Source: Guillardia theta CCMP2712
Taxonomy: Eukaryota > Protista > Cryptophyta
DNA length: 64,000 nucleotides
NCBI RefSeq assembly: GCF_000315625.1
Contig: NW_005434669.1
Coordinates: 469,238 to 533,237 of the forward strand
Reading direction: 5' to 3'
Of the stretch, positions 13,998 to 24,516 are shown in pieces; the stretch's first letter is position 1, and each line of letters starts with the position of its first letter. A program made the translations under genes and the position numbers. The notes under the pieces were generated by a model. The model had not been told where the DNA came from. It was given only the letters and a program-made list of their open reading frames with translations, and made no database searches.

Positions 13998-14847
13998 ATG
14001 GGGGACAAGAAAGCAGGTATTTGATCCAGTATTGTCTCTGAAGTCAGCATTATTGTGCCCATTCTTGTGCAGTTTTGTATCTTTCCGGATAGTTGCATCT
14101 CGAAGTGTTGTTGTAACCTTCCACCTAAATCCGATGTGGCAGCTTTTGCCCGCAAGAGGGAAGCATTGATTTGCGTGATTGGCGACGAGGATACTGTGAC
14201 AGGTATTTTTCACGAAATGATTGTGTTGATTACGTCTTAAGACACTTGCTATCGTAGGATTCTTGCTTGCGGGAGTAGGGGAGGTCGGTAAATATGTCTT
14301 TTTGGCAAACCATCTGAATGGACGAACAGATTGATTCTAAGAAGAACTCGAACTTCCTCGTCGTGAACAACAGTAATATCTTTCATCTCTTTAGATTGGA
14401 ATCTTGATGTCGCATCTGTCATGCGGAGTGTTGTTCACGATACATATTTTCTGATTGGGTGTCGGCACAGAAACTCCTGTCAATCAGATCGAGGAAGCTT
14501 TCAAGGCCTTCACTGCGCGTGATGATGTTGCCGTGATCCTCATCACCCAATCGGTATTCAATGGATACCTTCAGCTTCTGTAGCGCGTGTTCACATCGTT
14601 GCTGCTAGGCTGCCGACAGTATCCGCTACCTGCTGGACGATTATGAAAGCATGATACCGACGGTGATTTCTCAAGTTTCATTCGTGCTCTGATCTTTAGC
14701 TTCAAGGTCTTGGAGATCCCTTCGAAAGATAATCCCTACGATCCTTCAAAGGTAATCTGTGCTCAAGTTTTTCCATTCAACTTACAAAGAATGAAGGACT
14801 CAGTCATGCAGAGAATTATGAAGAAAATGTCCGTAGGAACAGATTAG
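13998..14847 (+). CDS. ATP6V1F: V-type H+-ATPase subunit F, multi-exon
   Basis: Spliced MGDKKAAFARKREALICVIGDEDTVTGFLLAGVG..IEEAFKAFTARDDVAVILITQ..PTVLEIPSKDNPYDPSKDSV. Confidence 0.95.
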
Positions 14848-14975
14848 TAACGGGATCAAATTTACGTTTCACAAAGACTTTATTATTGATACTTCCTGTA
14901 AAGATTTAGAATCTCGTTTAAACACAATCGATGGTTTTAACTGGTCCACCGGAACTCTCATCTACAGTTTTGCTC

Positions 14976-15667
14976 TTAGCATCTGCTAACCACTTGTAGG
15001 AGTTGAAGGCGGAGGTGTGTAAAAACTATCGAGAGATGGCCTGCGACCGCGCTTATAAAAATCTGCTGCAAGCAAGCAAAACTCACCCTGATCCTGATTG
15101 TGAAAGCAAATAGAACAACCAAATTCCAAGACCCACGGGTAGACAAATCGTGAAAGCCTATCACAAAAGCAATGCATTAGCAAATGGCTGTACAGTAACT
15201 CGTCCACCTGACAACAAATATTTCGAATGCGCTGTCGTATTCCGGCATCAGATGAGGCCACGTAAGACTCCTCATCCCATACGCATGACAGCATTCCGAT
15301 GCTTATGAGTTGTACTGTAGAGGAAAATCAATTCGTTTTCGACCCGTTTTTGATCATCCCACATGCACATATGACGATTCGAACCTTATCAAACAGAGAG
15401 CATATGACGAAAAAGATCTGAAATGAAAGGTAAATGGGAAATTAAAAGCTTCAGAAATATACTAGAATAAAGACGATCACGACCCTGGCCCATTTCATAA
15501 CACGCTTTTGCTCTTCAGTCCTAAAACGTTGATTAGAAGTCAACAAGGTTGAATCTGAGCCCAACATTTCAGCCCCTTGATTGAAGGAAGACTCACTTCC
15601 CTTGAATGAACCACTTCGCTGTATTCCAGTCCCATCAGCCGCTGCCCCAGTTGGATCTGCAGACATC
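14976..15667 (-). CDS. Small hypothetical membrane protein, multi-exon
   Basis: MSADPTGAAA..KWARVVIVFIL followed by hydrophobic exons (VQLISIGML, AFTICLPVGLGIWLFYLL). The 3' end is uncertain. Confidence 0.5.
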
Positions 15668-16089
15668 TGAAAAATTCTAATCAAATCTCGAAAATGTCGA
15701 TTGATTGCATTCTGCATTCAGTACAGGTTGAGCGTTTCAAGTGCCTCAACATCGAATGAATCTTTTGGTCAGTTTTGCCAGCCTGCCTTGTTGGTATGAC
15801 TGGCAAAACTACAATGCAAAGCTCGGGCCAGTCTACCGGCAAAACGCAAAGAAGCCATGTTTTTTCTGTTTGCGAGAGTTCAACATACAGACAGCATGAT
15901 GGATGCTAAGATGAACTTGTTCCAAAGGGCGATAAGGTGTGATTAGGTTCAACATCATCAACGTAGTACAAGGTGTTCTAGTATCCCTCCTTGCTTTGCT
16001 CTCAGTTTCCTGTTGCCCAAACCACCTCCATCTCGGTGGTCTATCACCCATCACCCCCTCATCCCCCCGTATCTTCACCCCTACGATTT

Positions 16090-16650
16090 GACCTGGGCCT
16101 CCTCACCGTGACCGTAAGGAAGCTCTCCCGGCGTAATGATACCATCGCCGGGACCCGGCGGCCCGGCCCGCCGGGCCCGCCAGTGACTCCCACTGAGCCG
16201 CCGGCGCCCGGCGGCGTGCCGCCACGTTGACACTGTGCCGGCCGGCTCGTCGGGAGTCCGCCCGGGCCACTGCTACCGGCGGCCGGGGGGGCGGGAACGG
16301 CCGCCCGGTCCGCCGGCAGCGGCCCCCCGGCCCTATCATATGACTCAGTGAGCTCGGAGCCTGGCACCGGAACTGAGCCAGGCGGCTGGCGCCACCGTGA
16401 CTGAGCGGCCCGGCGCCGCACCCGTCCGGACCCCGGTGACCGTACCGTCGGACGCCGCGGTCGTGGCACCCCCTCTGACAACGGCTACCGCTGACTCACA
16501 TCGGAGGCTCGGAAAGTTCGGCCGGGCCGACTCGGGGGTGACTTCGCCGGACTCGACTCCCGGCACAGCCGCCGCTGCCCGGCGGCGAATGAGAGTCATG
16601 ACAAATGAAGTTCCCGGCAGCGGCGGCCCCATGATTCACTTAAGCTCAGT
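16090..16650. repeat. GC-rich quasi-palindromic island upstream of the minus-strand gene
   Basis: Runs of CCGG/GGCCC/GACTC/CTGAG/GTGAC words with no consistent coding signal. Confidence 0.75.
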
Positions 16651-16694
16651 GATGCACAATTTGAGATTCTGTTTGATTGAGTACATCAACAAAA

Positions 16695-18418
16695 TTACTT
16701 GGAGCTAACCCGAATCCTTTCTGGTGTTGGCTTGCCCTGTCTCTGTATGACAACCTGATAAAGAAGGGAAGAATTAATGTCACATAATTGAATTTAGCGT
16801 ATCACAACTGACAGACCTCAGCAGACAGTTCGCCGGTCGAATGGATTTTCGACATGGCGGTCCTTCGGATTGATCAGAATCTAGACGGATCAGGTTGCAG
16901 AGCATTTACCTCAAATCGGCATAGCTTTGGACTTCAGCACCATTGACTTCCAAGAGGGCATCGCCAACTTGCACTCCTGCCATTCCCATGCTTCCAGGAG
17001 CGTCCACCTTACATCCGCATTAGCTTCAAGCATTGCTGCACGAGTAGAAATGTACAGAGGTAAACACAAGAACTCCCCGCTCGTTGCCGTTGGAATCGAC
17101 CCCTTTCTCCTCGACCTATTCACCACCATCACCTTCTTTTTCGTATCACACAATGTCTTACGAGCATGCTATCAAGCGTGAACTTTCTTGCAGAAACGCT
17201 ATCCAGCATTGCACTTGAACCTCCCTTCACCGAATTGAGTTGGTCAATGTAACGATCCGAGACAACGGCTCCTGCCAGCTCCCCTCTTTTTGAACGCTCT
17301 CTGAAAAAGCAACAGGTGATCTCTATGTCGATGCCAGCAACTCAAGCGCACTCACGCTTTCCACTCGAAGATCGCAGCGTTCAAAGCATCCATGTAGTCC
17401 TGAGGTGTCGGATAAGACTTGGCATTTGCTTGCACCAGTCTGATCTTTGCAAATCCATCAATTTCTCCTGCCCCTGCACAGGAGAACGTGAGCACAACGG
17501 AGCATAGTCAGGAGCGCAAGTACTTGGAGGTGGCCTTGGGGTCTCATCATCAATGAGGGGATCAAGATTTGGTTTGCTTCCGAAGGTCTTGACATACTCC
17601 TTTGTCCATTCATCATCATCGACAACTGACTCTGCAAGAAATAGTGCATGATCAGGTCATATGATAAATAAGATTCGGGCTCACTGACCGTCAGTTGCAG
17701 TCTTAACGTTGTCAATAGGCTTAATGTCAAGGTACTTAGACCTGCTTCCTGAAGTTGCTTCGGTGGACCCGGCGCGTTTGACAGGAGTAGGTGTTGAAGC
17801 TGCTGGTGCTGGTGGTGGTGATGGTGCTGCTTGAGTTTTCGGCAGACTAGCTTGCGTGGGCCTTGCGGCCCTTCTGATCGCAAAAATGAGGATGAGTTTC
17901 AAGTTCTGCTGCTCACAAGTGAATACCGTTGTTCCAAGGTTGGAAGACTATCTTCCAAATCCTTTGAAGAAGATTCTCCGATTCCATAGTACTTGTCACT
18001 ATCTTCATCACTGTCGAAGATCTGCGTCTGGGTTGCTGCAGTAGCAGTTGCTGAAGACTTGGATCCTGTTCTCAATGTTGCCACTTTCGCAGCAACCTTT
18101 GCGCAAACTGTCTGCAACTACACGCAGAGTTAAATGTGCGGAGTGCCCAGTTTGACAAGAACCAAGACATACCCGAATGAGTTCGGTCTCTGGAAGCTCT
18201 CCCAAGGTCTTTTCGACACGCTTCAACATCTCAATGGTCATGTCGCTCATGTCGCTCATCCGAGGAGCACAGAATGTGCTTCTTCTCCCCACTGCCGTGA
18301 CCATCGGAGATCTGAGCAGAGCGTTGGACTTGAGGGAGGATCCACTCAAAACCACTGGCGCATGGAAGCAAGAGGCTGCAGAGATCGCGCACGCCAGCAC
18401 TGCCGCTCTCACCGCCAT
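16695..18418 (-). CDS. Plastid-targeted protein with C-terminal PDZ domain, multi-exon
   Basis: Leader MAVRAAVLACAISAASC|FHAP. The spliced C-terminus reads GVLVFTSVDAPGSMGMAGVQVGDALLEVNGAEVQSYADLRTAMSK..AEVVIQRQG (PDZ-type GD-x-L-x-VNG). Confidence 0.75.
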
Positions 18419-18508
18419 AATTGGAGGCCGTGTGGAAAACAATCGAAGGCAGGGGTGCAACACCCCCCTTTTTCTCGGGAGGAAGACGGGTACTGGTTCA
18501 CGCGGGTC

Positions 18509-18742
18509 TTGTCCTCGTACTGATTTTTAACTTAACTTTGAGTAAACTTTTCTGGGACTCAGTTGGAAGCCGCATTGAACGCCGTCCGACGGTCGAGACC
18601 GGAGTACGGTCCACGTTTCACCACTCCGAGGTGGCAGGCTGCCGGTGCGGGCTAACCGTCCGGAAGTTGGGGCCGCGCTGAGTCACAGGGTCTCTCATTT
18701 ACTCAAAGTTAAGTTAAAAATCAGTACGAGGACAATCAGGAG
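18509..18742. repeat. Two inverted copies of the dispersed fixed-end micro-repeat inside a GC island
   Basis: TTGTCCTCGTACTGATTTTTAACTTAACTTTGAGTAAA (18509-18546) and its exact reverse complement (18698-18735, consensus match extends to 18742). Confidence 0.9.
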
Positions 18743-18989
18743 TACTGTCCGCTGCCGCTCAGAGGCCAGGGGCATTCAGGGGGGCTGCCTCGTGGGGGCC
18801 TCAGCCTCGGACTGCGGCCTGGCGCGGCCGTCGAGCGGCAGGCGGCCCGGGCCCGGCGGGCGCCGGACCTACGGATCACTGCACCGATAGTATTGCCTCG
18901 CCTTGAGACGGTGAGCAGGACCAGGTTGTCCCGCATCCCCTTCATTCTCCCACGCAGCCGTTAGACGTCGCCGCCTGACGCCCGACCGC

Positions 18990-21584
18990 ATGGCAGGAGC
19001 TTGTAAGTCGCTGTGCCCTCGAAACCCGCGAGTGTAACAGAATCTCATCACCTCTAACTTGTTACTCTGCAAGCAAAGCTTCTATCACTGAAGAGACTCA
19101 AGCACTGAGATCCTTGCGAGGGCCTCCTCAACAGCCTGGTGAATCACCAGATTCGTAACTCCGACAAGCATGAGCAGCTCTCGAGGCCAAATTTCGAGTT
19201 CCTCACATGCAAACTTGAGCTTTATCGCGACCAATGCGCAAGTCCCATTCTTGCCAGGAAATACCTTGAACTTCAACTTGCCGGTGAGTGGGAATTGTCT
19301 TGATTGAAGTCTTTTTCTTTTGAATTGAGTTGTGTTTGATGTGTCAGAATCAGAGATTTTCAAGGGGGTCGACGCTCTCCTACACCAATGGCTTTTCCAT
19401 CGATAGGAAGGACCCAGTCGTCGCGAACAAGAGAGACTCCGGAGCCACCAGACGTGGCCTCAAACCTGGTTGGTCTAGTTCATCTGGAATGCGAGCGTGG
19501 ACAGCGCCATGCACCTTCATCGATTCTTCCATGAGCTCGAGGCTGACACACTCCCAACGAAACATGATATCTTACCTCAACAAACCTCCAAAGCTGCCAA
19601 ACTATGTTGTCTTGGATAAAACCATACTGCGATTTCGAGCTTGGTTCAAGGATGAGATGTCCCTTTTGACAGGGCCGGATCGCTTGATAGTACACAAGTG
19701 TATTCTTCTTTATTATCTCATAGACGACTCGTTCATGATCATGGAGCCCAGACAAGAGAACAGCGGCTTGAATCAAGGCTGTATCATGCGAAGACAACAA
19801 GTCTCAAAGGAAGATGGATCAGAAAATTATTCTTGGAAAGATCTTTTCATTGGAGCTGAAATCACGATGAGAGCGAAGCATATCCATTTGATAGATTGCG
19901 ATGAATTTACAAGGTCATGGTATATAGAGCAAGGAATTGAAATGGACCCTCCTCTTCAAGCTCCTGAGGACCCATATGAAATCCGGGAAATGGCCGAGAT
20001 GAAAAAGCGAAGAGATTACGAGATGGCGAAACAGAGAAGAATTCAAAAGGATTTGATGCAAGTCGAAGAAGTGAAGCATAGATTCCTCACGTATGATCGA
20101 CAAGTTTTGCGATTCTATGCAATTTGGGATGATCGCTACAACTTGTTTGGGTTGAGACACTTTCTCGCTGTGAGATTCTACTTGTCCGATTTTACCATCG
20201 ACATTCAAGAGTTTGAGGGTTCAGCTAGCGGCAAAAAGTCCAGATTCCTTGCCCGACAGAGAGTTCCTAGAGAACCAACAAACCTCGATGCGATGAAGTC
20301 GCTGAAGATTGAAGATTGCCTTGCTGTAAACGACCTTTTTGTAGGCGCCAAAGTGAACATTCTTGGGAAAGACATTCTTATATACGATTGCGACAAGTTC
20401 ACAAGGGACTTCTATCAAGAGCAGTTCGGGGAGGTCATGACCTCAATCGATATTTCTGAGCAGACTGTTCCCCTGCCTCGCCTCCCAACTCCTCCCTCCA
20501 ACGGCATTGGAGCTGAGGAGGATTCCATGCAGAACTGCAGGATGCTGCGGCCTAAGCCGATCCACAAAGACATGGCCAAGTACAAGAAATATGCCGGAAA
20601 AGTTCTCCGGTTCGAAGCCAAGTGGGTATCGGACAGACCAGAGGAGAAGATAAGGACTTTCATCATTTCCTTCTACCTTGCCGACGACACCATCTCTATA
20701 TGGGAGACGAGTGGGGATGGAAGAAATACAGGCATGTTCTCTGGAAAGTTCTTGGAAAGGATGAAGCTAAAGAAGCCAGGAACCTTTGGAACCAAGACCA
20801 AGTACTACTCCAAGTCAGACTTCTACGTTGGAGCTGTCGTTGAAGCACAGACGAGAAAGTTTGAACTCATCTCCATGGACAAATTCACAGAAAGGCTCAT
20901 GGATACCGACGATCAGGCAACAGGTAAGCAGAAATGACTCGAGATGGTCTTGATCGTCTGAATGTTTCCGTGTAGCTGCCATGTTTCAGAAGGAGCCTGT
21001 CGCTGTGAGGTTCCTGAGAAGAGTCTCGGAGCATGAACTGCAGGAATACAGGGAGAAATGCGTAGAGGCAGACAAAGACAGCGAGGGAGTGATCAGTCTC
21101 GAGGAGTTCATGGAGATAATATCTCCCAAGCTCACTGGATTCTCGGAGAACGACATCATGGAGTTGGTCAAGCTCACAAAAGTACAAGACAGGTGCACCT
21201 TGCTTGGTACATTCATGCGTGACTGTATTGCCAGGGAATTCAGAGGGGGTGTGAACTACGTTAGGTTCTTTGACGCTTTAGTGCGCGAAGGTGGGCGTAT
21301 CTATAGTTGTATTCTACTCAACTGATCGCATGCTTGCAGCTTCGAAACAGGGGAAGTCAAAGCATCCACAAGGAGAGCACCTTGCGTTTTCGAGTCAAAG
21401 TGCCTCCTTCAAAGCCCCTCACGAGAACTTCTCGCAAGACAAAGATGGAATTCAATGGGCTGATGGAGGAATCGAACTGTCCTCCGAGATTGAGGAAGGC
21501 AACTCCAGCTTAGAGGTATGTGAAAGATTTGGTGAAAAGAGCCCTTGTTTGATGATCTACTTACAGGACAGTCGTGAAGCATGA
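18990..21584 (+). CDS. EFHC1: EFHC1/EFHC2 (Rib72) axonemal protein with three DM10 domains and EF-hand
   Basis: N-terminal PFLPGN; three DM10 repeats (ILRFRAW..LYYLIDDS; VLRFYAIWDD..FYLSD; VLRFEAK..FYLADDTISIWE); EF-hand DKDSEGVISLEEF. EFHC1 versus EFHC2 is not resolved. Confidence 0.9.
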
Positions 21585-21658
21585 AAGTGGAATTGTCCTC
21601 TAGCTTATGTTTGTTACTAAATCACAAAGAAATGTACATGTCTTCACGTTCCTCCCCC

Positions 21659-24292
21659 TCAAGTTGCTTCTCCGTCATTTGCTTTTGGTGAATTTTCCTC
21701 ACCCGCTGGTTCCACAGCAGGCGCGGCTCTGAATGGTGGCAACTTGGCGATCCTGACTTCATTCTCCGCCTTTATCGTTACCAAAAATTCTCCGACATAG
21801 CCGACTTCAAAGGTTGCCACGGCCAGGGTGTAGCTGCCCTCAGCAATCTGATACTCCCGCCATATGCACTCCGAGCGATACTGGGTCTCTCCATCGAGAC
21901 TCGTCATCTCCTGAGCCTCACTCCGACGCACGCGGTCTCCAGATACAAACAAGTGCATCCCGACGTGCACCGATGAGTTTCCTGACGGGCGGATCTTGAT
22001 GAAGATGCGCTGGGTGTGCTGACTGTCGATCCGAAACATGGGGTTCATGTCGAACTTGTCGGTGTTGATGCTGCCGCCTGCCGATTCCTCAGCCCAGTTA
22101 TGTCTGAAGACCTTGGAGAAACTGCTTCTCTTGACTTCTATCTTAGGGCAGTCCAGCACCGGAGTGATGGCCGAGGGGTCTGCCGAGTATGACGTGAGCG
22201 TGAAATTCATCTTGGCCCCCTCGTCGTACATGGAGACCACAAGGACGAACGTGTTCTCTCCCTGGCGGCAGTTGAGCCGGATGAGGAAGTGTGGGTTGTT
22301 GTTGTACACGGAGTGAATGAGAGGATTGACAGGATAGTACACCCTCCTGTTTCCTTGATAGACGTGCAACGCGATGTGGGGCTCGTCGTTGGTGTCCAAG
22401 TAATGCCTGTCAAGCAGGACCCAGACCATGGTATCGGTGGACGCTCTGACATGCAGCAGGTATTGAGGATTGTCATCCAAACATCTCCGCTGATTCTTCA
22501 CGTTCTGATAGCTTCCATGTACATTCCTTCGATACTTGAATCGAGCTGGACTCCAGCTGCAGTGAATTGAACTAAAGAAATTTTGGACCGCTTCCCACGA
22601 GATCCAGAAAACTCCGTTATCCTCAAGCAGTTCTGAGTCAAGATCGTATTTTAGTGCAGCTCGCAGTGCTGGCGTCCAGTTTGTTTCGTCGTGCGGCGAG
22701 AACTCTCCCCGCCATCTCATCCTCCTCCACGGGTTCATAAGCTTCACCAGTCTCCTTCCTCCGGCCATGACTACTTCCAGCACAGCATACGCATGCTGGC
22801 TTGCAAGTCCTGAACAAGGCAAAGGTAAGGAGAGCAAGAACTGCGTCGAGAAACTTGGATGTTGTGCAATACCTGATCGCTCCTCTTCGTCAGCCGAGAG
22901 TGACTTGGTCCCCATGGTGAAAAGTGCAGTCCCCTTCTTCTGCCCCTGCTCCAACCGCCGCCAGGCCTCTTCCGGATCGCTCCTGGACTTGCTGTCTTCT
23001 TTCAAATGGAATGTCTCAGGAATCCATCCGCAGAGGGCGTGCAGATCGATGCTGCTGGTCGAGCCTGGAAAGTCGTACCCTCCATGTAGTTTCATGTATG
23101 CCTTCTCGTATAAGGGTAGCCATGCTTCCTCGCCGATCCGTGAATAGCTGCACAATAGCTGAGGCGGCATGCTCTGAACCACTGGAAGATAATCGTCGAT
23201 GACAATTTTCCTCACAGCTCCATTCAAATACATCTTGATCATGTACTTTCCTGAAGGGCTTATGACAGGGACGTTGTTCTTCTGCGGATAGATGTTTCTG
23301 CTGATCAAGGTTCTTCCATACCTCCTTTCCCAGCTAGCACATACGGCAAGAGAAGACACAAACGAACAATCTCCTACCAAAGTCTGCGTGATATTCTCGT
23401 ACGTGAATTGCTTGATCACCACGGGATTCGAGTAGATTTGAGAAATTCTTGCCCAGACAGCACCTTCCTTCTTCTGCTTCTGTGAAAGAGGTGGCAAACC
23501 AGCTGGATCCTTAAAGATGTCACCTGAGAAGTTTGAGTAATCTGTATCATTCACGTACATCGGCTCATAAATTTTGCCATTTATCTTGCTCCCCTGCCGA
23601 ATGACAAGCTCCTCCTCTTTGGTTTTGTTCGACCTTCCTTGAACGAAAGAAGAAGTAAGGCTCTCAGGCACACCAGCAGTGGCCGCCGGATTTTCATAGA
23701 GATTCGGTTGTTTTGCCTCTTCCGGAGTTGTATCAGCTTTCCCAGGTACGTGAGGTAATCCCAGGACACAATCATCTTCACTGGCCCGTCGGGGAACGTT
23801 TGACATGGCAGCCTTCGCATTCGTCGTGTACTTTTCGGCTTTTTCTATCATCGCAATGGCTTGTCGTCCTGCCCATTCTTTCAATTGTCCGCTGGACTTC
23901 AGTCGCAGCTGTTTAAATGCAGCTGCAGCATCGGCAAAGCACTTGGCTGCCTGCGAGAACCTCAAATTCTTCTCGGCTTCTTTGGCAGCATTCTCGAGCC
24001 TGACAGCTTCTTTCTTGGCATGAGCTGCGCGCTCACTCGGCAGCTCTTTGAGCTGCTGCGCCTTATCCATCAACCTGACAGGAAAATCATTCTCAACCAG
24101 ATGGAACAAAACCCACCGCGAACAATGCTTCTTGATGAGGTTAGCTATATCGTCACTCCGTTCACTCTGAAGCAGCCTTAGCATGGCATCCACTGCCTGC
24201 AGATACTCTTGTGCTGCTTCCTCTGCCTTCCTCTCTTTCTCCAGGTCTTCAGCATGAGCGATCAACCGCAGCGCCCCATCGTATCGCTCCAT
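21659..24292 (-). CDS. CAPN7: Calpain-7/PalB: MIT domains, CysPc catalytic domain, calpain-III domains
   Basis: QTLVGDCSFVSSL (Cys), EKAYMKLHGGYDFPGS, HAYAVL (His), MNPW (Asn), and N-terminal MIT-like helices. The ORF reads through two probable stop-free introns. Confidence 0.92.
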   Translation of the reverse strand: MERYDGALRLIAHAEDLEKERKAEEAAQEYLQAVDAMLRLLQSERSDDIANLIKKHCSRWVLFHLVENDFPVRLMDKAQQLKELPSERAAHAKKEAVRLENAAKEAEKNLRFSQAAKCFADAAAAFKQLRLKSSGQLKEWAGRQAIAMIEKAEKYTTNAKAAMSNVPRRASEDDCVLGLPHVPGKADTTPEEAKQPNLYENPAATAGVPESLTSSFVQGRSNKTKEEELVIRQGSKINGKIYEPMYVNDTDYSNFSGDIFKDPAGLPPLSQKQKKEGAVWARISQIYSNPVVIKQFTYENITQTLVGDCSFVSSLAVCASWERRYGRTLISRNIYPQKNNVPVISPSGKYMIKMYLNGAVRKIVIDDYLPVVQSMPPQLLCSYSRIGEEAWLPLYEKAYMKLHGGYDFPGSTSSIDLHALCGWIPETFHLKEDSKSRSDPEEAWRRLEQGQKKGTALFTMGTKSLSADEEERSGIAQHPSFSTQFLLSLPLPCSGLASQHAYAVLEVVMAGGRRLVKLMNPWRRMRWRGEFSPHDETNWTPALRAALKYDLDSELLEDNGVFWISWEAVQNFFSSIHCSWSPARFKYRRNVHGSYQNVKNQRRCLDDNPQYLLHVRASTDTMVWVLLDRHYLDTNDEPHIALHVYQGNRRVYYPVNPLIHSVYNNNPHFLIRLNCRQGENTFVLVVSMYDEGAKMNFTLTSYSADPSAITPVLDCPKIEVKRSSFSKVFRHNWAEESAGGSINTDKFDMNPMFRIDSQHTQRIFIKIRPSGNSSVHVGMHLFVSGDRVRRSEAQEMTSLDGETQYRSECIWREYQIAEGSYTLAVATFEVGYVGEFLVTIKAENEVRIAKLPPFRAAPAVEPAGEENSPKANDGEAT

Positions 24293-24516
24293 TGCGCTGG
24301 GCTCGACCCCAGCGGAACAAAGCCCTCATCCCATCTCGTGAAACCCCCCTCATCCCCGACTTGATTCTCAGTTCGATGCGGCCGACGGGAACATGGTGTG
24401 AGGAGGGTTGAGGAGAAGACAAGAGACAGCAAGAAGGAGGCAGGCAGGCTGCTGATCATCAGGAAGACAAGGTAGAGAAAGACCAAGGACGGCGAAGAAA
24501 CCTCGTCCCTTGCACG

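Noticed and set aside
16059-16708. Pro/Gly/Arg-rich ORFs in GC islands (also 1879-2214, 40673-41226, 62340-63275)
   Set aside because: Open in several frames simply because of high GC; no domains or splice pattern.
18509-18550. Spliced-leader RNA gene or relic (TTTGA|GTAAAC resembles an SL donor)
   Set aside because: Sequence after GTAAA is not conserved between copies and no Sm-site-bearing intron part is seen. I cannot verify the lineage's SL sequence, so this is unsupported but not fully excluded.
18509-18735. MITE with 38-bp terminal inverted repeats
   Set aside because: The right copy keeps matching the longer consensus beyond the supposed terminus, there is no convincing TSD, and other copies occur singly with variable length.
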